Shown: positions 41,001 to 52,400 of the stretch, in pieces
Layout: the number at the start of each line of letters is the position of its first letter
Position numbering within the stretch: the first letter of the stretch is position 1
NCBI RefSeq assembly: GCF_947568905.1
Contig: NC_079172.1
Location: forward strand, 9,114,001 to 9,178,000
DNA: 64,000 nt
Direction of reading: 5' to 3'
Origin: Ostrea edulis
Taxonomy: Eukaryota
Translations under genes and position numbers: made by a program
Notes under the pieces: generated by a model
Database searches by the model: none
Seen by the model: only the letters and a program-made list of their open reading frames with translations
Told to the model about the DNA's origin: nothing

Positions 41001-42311
41001 GTTTGTACAGTGAAGCCTGAATATAGAGTAGTGGTGTGTACATTCAAGCCAGTATATAGAGTACTGCTGTAACGTTTTACATAGGAATACCGGTATATGA
41101 AAATATATCAAAAGTATTTCTCTCCAGACCAAAGGTAGTGCGATGTATCAATTCATGTATACAAGCATTATTATGTAGATAGATTCAAGTAGATCCCCTG
41201 GCACAATAGGAGTTCATGGTGTATGTATACCTAGTACATCTAAGAAGGTTTAATAAATCTTAATTTGAAGGACCACAAAGAATTAAACTGGAAGTGCCCC
41301 GATGTAATGTAGATTCCATGATCTTAGAACCATAACGGTCCACAAGAGGTAACTCAAGTGGGCTTCGTGGCCGATAGGACTTTTGGTTGATGCTGCTGGT
41401 CAAAAGTTTGAAATCTGTATAGATTTGCTTGTTGAATAACAAGGATATTTAAATTACTGTTCTTGAGTCGTTAGTTGGAAGTTCAAGATGACAATCTCGA
41501 ATTTTTCTTTATTTTATACAGATGAACAACTCAATCACAGTCTTCGTGACTTTTTCGTGGCGGGAACTGAGACAACTTCCACGACACTGAGGTGGGCGCT
41601 CCTGTACTTAATTCATCATCAGGACTGGCAGAAGACCCTCCAGAATGACATTGATGACGTCATCGGTCAGGCACAACCTAAAATGGAACACAAGGATGAA
41701 TTGCCAAGGATAGAGGCATTCATTCTGGAAGTCCAACGCTCGGCAAATATTGCACCAGTGAGTGTACCACACACATCCAATGAAGATTTCATCTACCATG
41801 GATACATTTTCCCGAAAGGCGCCATTGTGTTTGGAGCTTTAGATTCAGTAATGTCAGATCCTGAAATCTTTCCCGAACCTTCGACATTTAAACCAGAGAG
41901 ATTTCTGAACGATATCGGAAAATGCTATGGGGATCAGAAAACCAAGATGATTCCTTATTCAATAGGTATACACTTTGTATTTATCCTCATTACTTATTGA
42001 GAAGCTGGTACATGTAAATGGGGAAATTGTGTTAGAATAAACATTCCTTTATTTGATGTTTCATATCTATTTGGAAATAAGTTATACACAATAAAAGCAT
42101 GGATATAAATATCCCTGTATTTCCATCATCAGGGATGAGGTCATGTCTGGGGGAGTCTCTCGCCAGGATGGAACTATTCCTGTTTTTGACCAGATTTCTA
42201 CAAAAGTTTGAAGTTGAACCTGAGGATCCAGATCACCTACCTTCCCTGGATGGGACTTTAGGGATTACCAACATGCCACAACCCTTCAACTTAAGACTAG
42301 TCAAACGTTAG
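38071..42311 (+). CDS. Cytochrome P450, CYP2 clan (CYP2-like), 4 exons, 493 aa
   Basis: Exons 38071-38416, 39331-39843, 41522-41965, 42133-42311 (1482 nt, in frame, TAG stop). Motifs: N-terminal membrane anchor + PPGP, C-helix WKEQR, MRKFGFG, I-helix [10 protein letters not shown]-helix EVQR, PERF, heme loop [12 protein letters not shown]. An alternative start is Met at 38098. Confidence 0.95.
40415..41070. repeat. 33-bp minisatellite (~20 copies) in CYP intron 2
   Basis: Unit ACAGAGTAGTGGTTTGTACAGTCAAGTCTGTAT with variant copies; source of several artefactual ORFs. Confidence 0.95.
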
Positions 42312-44076
42312 AAGCGGATGTGTCTGTTTGAGCCGCCGTTGAAAAAAAAAATCAAGTGTCATGTTTCATAGCTGGATATTGAGTCCAAAACAGTAGAGGT
42401 TTGATTCGGGGTAATTCATTGCAACTTTAGACCAATCCCACACATACACTGTAGTAAACTGACCCCAATGGATTTTAACCCCAAAATGAAGTATGGACAA
42501 TTGTATATTACTTCAAGTAAGTGCTTTAAGAGGACTTTAAAACCATTTTACATCCCAAACGAAGTGACTTTGTGTAATCAGCAAATTGATATGTAAGATT
42601 CATCAATATTCAATACCCTTGTTACAGATTTAAAAACCCAAAGGGTTCAAAGACCCAGTTTAAGGATTAATGCCACAACATACATCTGTGAACTCAATCA
42701 TAAAGCTAAAAGCATTCATCTAAGACTATTACTTATGACACCTACGATTGATATACATGTAATATGAAATCCATACATATTGTTTAATTTCTACAATGTA
42801 TATATTTTTTATGAAGTTAAATCGCGTGAAACTATCTGATCGAGATTTGTCTTACAACTTTCATATTTTGTCTCTCCCAACTCTAACAAGACAACTGAAC
42901 CGAAATATCTTCGGACAGTAGACATGCCAAGATTTTCTAGAATGAACATCTCTCAAGATTTTCGGTTAATTGCAACGTGGAGAACCTGGATTCGATATTC
43001 GTTACCGGCGCCGCATCAAATCCAAGACGTTCAAAATAGATAAAGACTGTTAATTCGTCAGACATTATAAGTGAAAGTCCCGGATCTTTCAGATATATGA
43101 CCTCAAGAAAACTCAAGAGAGTTTTAAGAGGTCCTGTATCACGCACTGGTACAATAAAGAATCCATCACTGCTATGACCTTGAGCACCATGCATAGGTCA
43201 AACTTTGTGGCACTTCATCTTTAGCTGGCTGTGTTTCTATATTACAGAAAAAATATCGAATGGGACGTTAAACCGAGTGTTGTTTTTTTTAGCCATAAAT
43301 CGAACAAACCACATGCCCTTCGAACTAAAAATATGTAATGGTCATCAAAATGCCACGGAAAACCACTAGCAGGGTCATGTCATCTGTACTTGAAAACCAG
43401 TGAGATTTGTTCTTTTGACTTGAAACTCAGTAGAGTCGTCTGTTAGTCATGACTAAGTCGGACAACAATTTATACACATATATGAATGCTTACAGCCGAA
43501 TGACCTTGACCTTGTTCAACTTGGTATCATTTACAGTCATCCAATAGTTATGATAAGCAGCCTGTGGCGATTGATGGCTATCAGTGAAAGACTCCCTAAG
43601 ATACCATCCTGGACAATGATCGGTGTGTGTGCATGTACATTTATCTATTTTGTGCCCGTTCACGTTTTCTTCGTTATGGCACATCTAATATCCACAACAT
43701 CAAAAGAATAGGATCAGGTAAAAGTTCTTCGATATTCAGTCGGACAAAATTGTGTTTGATAATTACTCAGAAGTAGTAGTCGTATATCACGCCTAACGAA
43801 TCGATCGACCAACTTTGAACAGGACTAGAGTGTCTATTCTATCTACTCGTTTCCATCATATGACTTTTGATATCAATACACTACCCTTGTAGTACATTGT
43901 AATAAAAATCAAATTGCTATGCTATTAAACTAAGTTATAACAGCAGCTACCTACATTGTAGATACACCATGTATAGAATGCGTAACGAATATACCAGTAT
44001 ATTAGCATTATGAATATATTTCATTGAAGGAAAGCATACATATGCATTCGTTTAGATGCCCATGAAGTAATGGGTT

Positions 44077-45402
44077 TCACACACAAGAATTGTTATTTTC
44101 CATATTCAGCTGTTCTGTGGCCTTTAACTGTGTAAGATGTGAAAGATAATGACAAATCATTGGCATTTCATTGTATTTTCCTTCCTTAGCAATCTCCACT
44201 GCTTTAGATATGAATGTCAAGGCAGAGGACATGTCACCCTTGAGCTCCATTAAACGAGCTTTGGCGACACCGTACATCATTTGGCGACGATGTTCCAATT
44301 CGTCCAAAGGATCCAATAAAAGAAGTCGTTCTGCCTCTTTCACAGATTCCACGGAAACTTCATAACATGGTATCATCCTGCAGCGTTTTCCAATACCTAA
44401 ATGACAGTAGATCATTCTCAATATAAAAAGCCTCCTCCAGAATATTTTCACATCCTCATCTTCCCTGCTAAGGTCTTGGATACCCCGACTTGCCTCAGCC
44501 AGTAGCAGTTTCTTTATTTTCTCGGATGGATGCTCCTCTAATTCAGAAAGACGAAAAACAACGCTCTTGTAGATCATGTCTATTGATTCGATGCAGGTGT
44601 CCGTCGCATTGGCACATGAAAACCCCTCTTGCAACATGCATCTTCCTTCGTCTTGTTTTCCAAGAGAGGACAAAACGTCTGCTTTACGTCCATACAAAAG
44701 GACCCTAGATATATTTGGATTGCTGCTTTCGTCGAGAACGTCTTCAATGTCTTTGAACGCCCCTCCATAAGGATCAATATCGTCGGTCTTGTTTGTGAGG
44801 GCGTCTATTTCTGCAGCTTTTAGCGCAATATACCGGTCATTCATGTGCTGCCTTTTGGCCTCATTTTCTTCCATTTCTATGCGTTGTCTCAGTCTAGCGC
44901 CTATCAAAGATAAATCGCCCTGCGGATTTTTAAATGTGAATTCGTGAACTTGTTTCTTGATGAATTTAAAGTACTGTTGTATTGGCCTTCTGTCACCTAC
45001 AGCGGCACGCGCTACTTCCTGTACAAGTTTAGTACGATTGTACTCCTTGTAGTATGAAATAAGATCGTTAGCCAACTGTATGAATTCTACACAATACAGG
45101 ATGAAGACGAATGTTTTTAATGGATAACGTTTTGCAACCTCGTTTGCAAGGATTTCATATGAAAACAGAAATGGCGATTTTTCACGTTTTACGTTGATTA
45201 AATCAAAACACGCCTCAGAAATATACCCACGTTTACACATACAGTCAATAAGAGGCATAGGATCAACATCCAGCAGCATACTTGTAAAGAAAGCCTTTAA
45301 AATATCCCTTTCGAAGACATTCATATATGTTCGGTCATCACACGAGATTGGGACGATAATCCTGTCGTCCTCGAACACTTCGACTCCACTGTAAGACGCC
45401 AT
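44077..45402 (-). CDS. Uncharacterised 441-aa protein, single coding exon; putative death-fold (CARD-like) N-terminus plus conserved all-helical/TPR-like domain (paralogue 1)
   Basis: Uninterrupted 1326-nt ORF with in-frame TGA TAA just upstream of the ATG. Clearly paralogous to the 46449-48085 exon (LKAAEIDA, CIE..DMIYKSVVF, FW.RLF.LR.IYCHLGIGKR, LEHRR.MMYG). Domain call is by pattern only. Confidence 0.88.
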   Translation of the reverse strand: MASYSGVEVFEDDRIIVPISCDDRTYMNVFERDILKAFFTSMLLDVDPMPLIDCMCKRGYISEACFDLINVKREKSPFLFSYEILANEVAKRYPLKTFVFILYCVEFIQLANDLISYYKEYNRTKLVQEVARAAVGDRRPIQQYFKFIKKQVHEFTFKNPQGDLSLIGARLRQRIEMEENEAKRQHMNDRYIALKAAEIDALTNKTDDIDPYGGAFKDIEDVLDESSNPNISRVLLYGRKADVLSSLGKQDEGRCMLQEGFSCANATDTCIESIDMIYKSVVFRLSELEEHPSEKIKKLLLAEASRGIQDLSREDEDVKIFWRRLFILRMIYCHLGIGKRCRMIPCYEVSVESVKEAERLLLLDPLDELEHRRQMMYGVAKARLMELKGDMSSALTFISKAVEIAKEGKYNEMPMICHYLSHLTQLKATEQLNMENNNSCV

Positions 45403-45984
45403 GTTTGACGAATAGCTTTATCACCTAGCCTTCAAGTACATATATTTGTTACGTACACATACTTATGAATATCTTAGGCCTAGAAGTGATCCTACAAACA
45501 TCGCTAGGCCTACCGCTACCGGTATGTAGATAAAATATGTAAAATTCATATCCGAAACACCCTGTGCCCATTTTGTAAAACTGATCTACCCGTCTTTATC
45601 AAAAATGTTATGATACATATTAGATTACACACAATCAATTGATCTCGTACCTTCACTTTCAAGATTCATAATTCATAGGACACAGTGCTCACTTAAATCA
45701 CCGTGCTCTTTCAATGGTAATACATGCCATAAATATCGTTTAAGATACCGATATATATTGGTAGGAAAACCGTATTGGAACAGAACGACAGTAACGCTAT
45801 GATAAAATGACATTAAATTAGAGACAAGGCATTGGATCCCTTGAGATTATCACTACTATTTTATCCCACAAGACCAAATTCACAAATTATACCTTTTAAA
45901 TTTTAAAGTCTTAAGAAGTGAATAAACACTAAAACTAATCTCCTCACGTAAGGTTTTTAGTGTCATTTATTTGAACGTGTGAAG

Positions 45985-46315
45985 AGACATTATTTGTTTT
46001 ACATTATGAACCCTGGGTCGAGGCCTCTGCTGGTGGACTGTTAGTCCCCGAGGGTCTCTACAGCCCAGTAGCTAAGTACTTCGTTACTAGCTTGAAAATA
46101 CGTATACAAAATTATTATCTCCCTCACGCATAGCTCTTATCGTTAGACGAATTTGACTCCACTATTTTGGCACACTGGTTTTCCCTATAATAGCTCTAAA
46201 ACTTCATCGTTATTTCGGATTTCAAACATTTCGTTTGAGCATCACTGAAGAGACATTACTTGTCGAAATGCGCATCTGGTGCATCAAAATTGGTAACGTA
46301 TAAGTTTTACATTAT
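45985..46315 (+). mobile_element. Penelope-like terminal fragment carrying a hammerhead ribozyme
   Basis: Repeat-like segment between the two paralogues containing the hammerhead at 46239-46282; boundaries approximate. Confidence 0.6.
46239..46282 (+). ncRNA. Minimal type I hammerhead ribozyme
   Basis: Stem I GCATCA/TGGTGC (one G:U), core CUGAAGA, stem II GAC-ATTACTT-GTC, GAAA, short palindromic stem III (TGCGCA), cleavage triplet AUC (cut after 46276). Confidence 0.85.
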
Positions 46316-46448
46316 TTGAACATGTTTTATCTGATGGAATATGAACATGTTTTGCAGGCACTAAACATAGCACAAGGTAGTAAGATATTATGAATAGAAA
46401 GTCCTCTTCTCTCCTAATCAATTAGTCAAATTGCATATCTGTACAGAT

Positions 46449-49400
46449 TTAATATTGAAATGAAGATAAACTTAACTCGTCTACTCCACTTTGCAAATGA
46501 ATATTATCACTTTGCGAGGCTTCACTGGGACTTTGATTTGGTATACTACCAGTATCACTTTGCTGAACCTTTAGGTTCATTGTTTCTGTTTTTGTTTCTG
46601 TCATTGTTTCTGCAAGTTGCCTTCTCTCACCTAACACCGCCACCTGATCACTCGAGTTGAAGGCAATTATGCCTGGAGGTCCATCGCTATCGATGTAATT
46701 CCAAGGCTCTTCGGATGATATACTTTCGAAATGAATGGACTTATTTATTATAATTTCATCTGAAGTCTGTGTGTCGTTGGTTGACGACCTGGATGTTTGG
46801 CGAGAATAAATTGGTGATATTGTGTGAAACAAATATTCGGCAGAAAGTGTGACAACTTGGACTGTTTCTACATCAATTCTGAGCAAAGCATCCCGATAGG
46901 CAGACACGTTGCCTTTCTCACTGTAATTTCCCTCTTCGGCAAATTCCATAGCTTTATCAATGATGTCTCTTGCTTTCCGAACGTCTCCCAATATATGACA
47001 AAAACGCGCAGCTCCAATTCCATACATCATTTTCCTTCTATGTTCCAGGTTTTCCAAATTATCTTCCTGAAACATTTTTTCAACAATTTTTATCGATTCC
47101 TGAGATACATCATATCCTTCGATGATCTCGCCACGTTTTCCTATCCCTAAATGGCAATAGATTATTCTCAGTCTAAAAAGCCTAGACCAGAATAATCTGA
47201 CATCATCATCTTCCTCCGACAAAGAATCTAGTCCAATTTCTGCCTGATGAAAAAGCTTTTTCTGGTAATCTTTGTCTTTAGTCCTCTGAAACTGTAACAG
47301 GTAGAACACTACACTTTTATATATCATGTCTGTTGCTTCTATACATCTTTCGCACGTGTTCTGCCATGTGAAAGCATCTATAAGAAAATTTTCCCCATCG
47401 CTTGGGTTTGTCCCCAAAGAGGATGCAATATTTGCCTGCCGACCCAACATTAAGATAAGAGAAATCTCAGGGCAGGAGCTTTCTTCAATAATTGCATCAA
47501 TTTGTTGGAAGGGCTCTCCTTTAGGGTCTACGTTATCTGTTTGGTTGGTATGGGCGTCTATCTCCGCTGCTTTCAGACAAATGTATTGGTCATACAGATG
47601 CCGTCTTTTTCCAGGATTGCTTTCATTTTTAATATCCAATAGCATTTTTTTACCTATCAAACTAACTTCGGCGTACGGATTAGATGTGAATAGTTTATGA
47701 ACATCCTGTTTTATCTTTTTGAAATAAAATTGGATTTTCTTTCGGTTCCCGACAATTTTTCGAGAAACTTCTCTACATCTCGATTGTTCTGCGTAAGGAA
47801 GGTAAAATGAAAACAAGTCTTTTGCAACTTCTGCAAAATCAGTTTTATGCATCTTATACACCAGCTGGAGTGTTGTAACGTTTTTGTCAATGCTCGCAAT
47901 AAGAATGCGGACGTGATTTTCATTCCAGGATTCTCCAGCCCCTTCTAACTGCGTCACACAGTCTTGTGGCACAATCCCCAGACTATTCATTGTCCTTGCC
48001 AGCTTTCGTAAATCCACTCTCCTTCCACTTAGAATGCTACCAAAGATTTGTAAAACGAGCCTAGGAATTCTGGGTACCATGGATTCTGGAAAGATATAGA
48101 TGACTAAATGTACAGTGTATAAGAATTTCGTATTCAGTACAGCTACTCTGTACATCGCAGTTGTCAGTTATACCGTGATTGATTGATTGCGGAGTGTGAA
48201 ATTACCGTCAGTCCAACTGTTCTCCAGAGATGATACTGCTAAGCTTGGGACCTTCGATTCCTCTACAGATTGATCTATAAGTAAGTATATTCCTTTAATA
48301 AATAATACTAGTAATATATTTAAATGTATATGTTGAATATCAAAACGATACATACATTTTCTGATTTCGAAATACCAGATGATATCGGAGTTCGAACCTG
48401 CATTTTGTGGTGCTGTCAATTCTTTAGGAAGTATATTTTTAATTTCTATAGGGAGGTTATGGTAATTATTGTTATTAAGCTATAGTGTGTGTTAATTGTG
48501 ATTGTTTTACACTTAAAATCTACGATTGATTTATTTGCATAAACTTGTTTTCTCTATTAGGCTCCACACAAACTAATGCATACTCGTGTCTAGTAAAAAG
48601 AAAATAAACACGGGGGGGGGGGGGGTTGCTCTTGAATGATGCAAAAATTCGTCAATTTATCATATAGAATATGAGGGAGAAGCATTGCCGGTTTTAAAAA
48701 CTGCACATAGTTGCAATGTCTTGCCTCAAAATTTAAGGTGAAACTTTAAACAAGAGCTCCATGGGCCACATCGCTCAACTGAGTTACCCTGGCCCAATTT
48801 TAAAAATTTTCCTACAAGATTAAAGACTACATCTAGTGCTTTTTACAGTGTGTTATGTAAGACGGGTTTTAACACTACATCTAGTGCTTTTTACAGTGTG
48901 TTATGTAAGACAGGTTTTAACACTACAACTAGTGCTTTTTACAGTGTGTTATGTAAGACAGGTTTTAACACTACAACTGCTTTTTACAGTGTGTTATATA
49001 TGACGGGTTTTAACACTACATCTAGTGCTTTTTACAGTGTGTTATATAAGACAGGTTTTAACACTACATCTAGTGCTTTTTACAGCGTGTTATGTCAGAC
49101 AGGTTTTAACACTACAACTAGTGCTTTTTACAGTGTGTTATGTAAGACGGGTTTTAACACTAGAACTAGTGCTTTTTACAGTGTGTTATATAAGACAGGT
49201 TTTAACACTACAACTAGTGCTTTTTACAGTGTGTTATATAAGACGGGTTTTAACACTACATCTAGTGCTTTTTACAGTGTGTTATATAAGACAGGTTTTA
49301 ACACTACATCTAGTGCTTTTTACAGCGTGTTATGTCAGACAGGTTTTAACACTACAACTAGTGCTTTTTACAGTGTGTTATGTAAGACGGGTTTTAACAC

Positions 49401-52400
49401 TAGAACTAGTGCTTTTTACAGTGTGTTATATAAGACAGGTTTTAACACTACAACTAGTGCTTTTTACAGTGTGTTATATATGACGGGTTTTAACACTACA
49501 TCTAGTGCTTTTTACAGTGTGTTATATAAGACAGGTTTTAACACTACATCTAGTGCTTTTTACAGCGTGTTATGTCAGACAGGTTTTAACACTACAACTA
49601 GTGCTTTTTACAGTGTGTTATGTAAGACGGGTTTTAACACTAGAACTAGTGCTTTTTACAGTGTGTTATATAAGACAGGTTTTAACACTACAACTAGTGC
49701 TTTTTACAGCGTGTTATATAAGACGGGTTTTAACACTACATCTAGTGCTTTTTACAGTGTGTTATATAAGACAGGTTTTAACACTACAACTAGTGCTTTT
49801 TACAGTGTGTTATATAAGACGGGTTTTAACACTACATCTAGTGCTTTTTACAGTGTGTTATATAAGACAGGTTTTAACACTACATCTAGTGCTTTTTACA
49901 GCGTGTTATGTCAGACAGGTTTTAACACTACAACTAGTGCTTTTTACAGTGTGTTATGTAAGACGGGTTTTAACACTAGAACTAGTGCTTTTTACAGTGT
50001 GTTATATAAGACAGGTTTTAACACTACAACTAGTGCTTTTTACAGTGTGTTATATATGACGGGTTTTAACACTACATCTAGTGCTTTTTACAGTGTGTTA
50101 TATAAGACAGGTTTTAACACTACATCTAGTGCTTTTTACAGCGTGTTATGTCAGACAGGTTTTAACACTACAACTAGTGCTTTTTACAGTGTGTTATGTA
50201 AGACGGGTTTTAACACTAGAACTAGTGCTTTTTACAGTGTGTTATATAAGACAGGTTTTAACACTACAACTAGTGCTTTTTACAGCGTGTTATATAAGAC
50301 GGGTTTTAACACTACATCTAGTGCTTTTTACAGTGTGTTATATAAGACAGGTTTTAACACTACAACTAGTGCTTTTTACAGCGTGTTATGTCAGACAGGT
50401 TTTAACACTACAACTAGTGCTTTTTACAGTGTGTTATGTAAGACGGGTTTTAACACTAGAACTAGTGCTTTTTACAGTGTGTTATGTAAGACAGGTTTTA
50501 ACACAACATCTAGTGCTTTTTACAGTGTGTTATATAAGACATGTTTTAACACTACAACTAGTGCTTTTTACAGTGTGTTCTGTAAGACAGGTTTTAACAC
50601 TACAACTGGTGCTTTTTACAGTGTGTTATGTAAGACGGGTTTTAACACAACTAGTGCTTTTCTAAACACGATGATCTCAGTAAACAACGTGGTAACAGGA
50701 GAGTGAATAACATCCGGATTACATCATCGTTAGGAAAGTAGTCATTTCGTTGTATATGTATAGCATAACCCTTTCAACGATTAAATCGGTATATTTTCAT
50801 CAATAAACGAAAACGATCTTTATTTTCTTTGTTAGTCTATACTCCAGTAATTTTTTCCACTCAGATAGTAACATCACTAGCTTCAGGTGAAATGCCAGTT
50901 CATGAAGCTTAAGACCCTAAGCAGTGATATTTGTCAACTTTAACCGTGACGCAGGGCCTCCGTTTTCAATTTATATCCAGAAGACCCAGGACGTTCGCTA
51001 TGCCGGGCACTTGGAAAAGGAACAATCACTGTCTATGTTCAAAATCTTAGCACGGTGGCGAATCACGTGACTTTGGCATGACCTATTACCCGAAAAAAGA
51101 CGACAAAAGTCAACACAAGGGAAAATTCAAACGAGTAAGCAACACCTTTATCAATAGCAAATTGTCACACAACTTCTATCAACATTTGAAGAAATGATAG
51201 TTCTACGTTGTTGGTCTGCGGCAGATAGAAGTGAGGCAGTAATGTGTTCCTGAGAAAATTCTTCAAATGTTGATATAAGTTATGTGACAATTCGTTATTG
51301 ATAAAGGTGTTACTTATTCGTTTGAATTTTCCCTTGTGTTGACTTTCGTCGTCATTTTTCCGGGTAATAGTTTATGCACAAGTCACGTGATTCGCCATCG
51401 TGCTTAGGTTTAACGCGGAATAGGACCCATGCCCTCCATTTTGCGGAGCGAGCGCCCTAACCACTAGGATGTATATTGTTTAACATCACACTTGAGAACG
51501 TTTCACTCATATGGAGACGCCACAATTGCAAGTGAAGGGCTGCAAAATTTAAGCCTACGCTCGGCGCTTATGGCCTTTGAGCAAGGAGGGACCTGGGTTT
51601 TATGGTCTCATCGGAACGACCTCCCCATTAGTCGCCTCTTACGATAAGCAAGGGGTAGTGAGGACCTATTTTAACCAGGATCACCATGCGACCATTATAA
51701 CCACTAGGCTACTACGACTGAAAAAAATGTCATAATTTTTCTGTCGGAAGGAGAGTAATTTTTAATATAAATTGATTTTGTACCTTATGTATTTAAATCA
51801 CTGCATGTCTATTCTACTCATTACGCTAATCATGAGTAAAAAGTTCCAATAATAGCAAATGAATACCAAACCTACGTGTGGAAAAATGTAGAAGAGCTAG
51901 CTTTAATTATGTTACATGTACATAAATGAAAATTTTAGGTTAACTCTAAACGTATTTGAATGCAAATCACTCAGTGTATAAACAATTTACCATAAGTACT
52001 GATATGATCATGAAATGCTGAAGTTGCTCCCAAATCATCATGGTCGTCAAAGGATTCCTTTTTCAGTGAAACACATCCTTTGAGACCGCCTTCTATACCG
52101 TTATTCGTCGTCTGACCAGTGTTTAGTGATCCCATGTTGAAACTTGTAAGAATCATTTCCTGTTCACTGCAAATTTCACTGCTTGTCTGCAAATAAAAAC
52201 ATCCAAACAATAAAAACAACCAAAAACAAAACACCCAACAATAAAAAGGGTCCTAAAATGGAATTCTCAGATAATGAGACAAAGATTTGGAAGCATTTGC
52301 TTACCTTGTGACCGTTACTATCGGTTTCAGAGCAGACTTGCTTTTCAGTTGCCAATATTGGAATTTCCTCGATGTTTTCTATTGGTCGTAAGTATGGAAC

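Noticed and set aside
40360-41132. Six overlapping repetitive ORFs
   Set aside because: 33-bp minisatellite in CYP intron 2.
42937-43684. ORFs 42937-43194 and 43490-43684 as extra exons of paralogue 1
   Set aside because: No compatible donor in paralogue 1, stops interrupt frames after candidate acceptors, and no recognisable homology.
44077-45420. Paralogue 1 as an alternative last exon of paralogue 2
   Set aside because: In-frame TGA TAA lie just upstream of its ATG, and the only nearby AG is phase 2, incompatible with the phase-1 donor of exon 48206-48274.
338-50660. Regularly spaced repeats as possible CRISPR arrays
   Set aside because: Units are head-to-tail with no unique spacers, there are no cas genes, and the context is eukaryotic.
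48850-50706. 618-aa ORF and overlapping 152-194-aa ORFs
   Set aside because: Translation of a 48-bp minisatellite (unit divisible by 3) inside an intron on the opposite strand; no start context or splice support.
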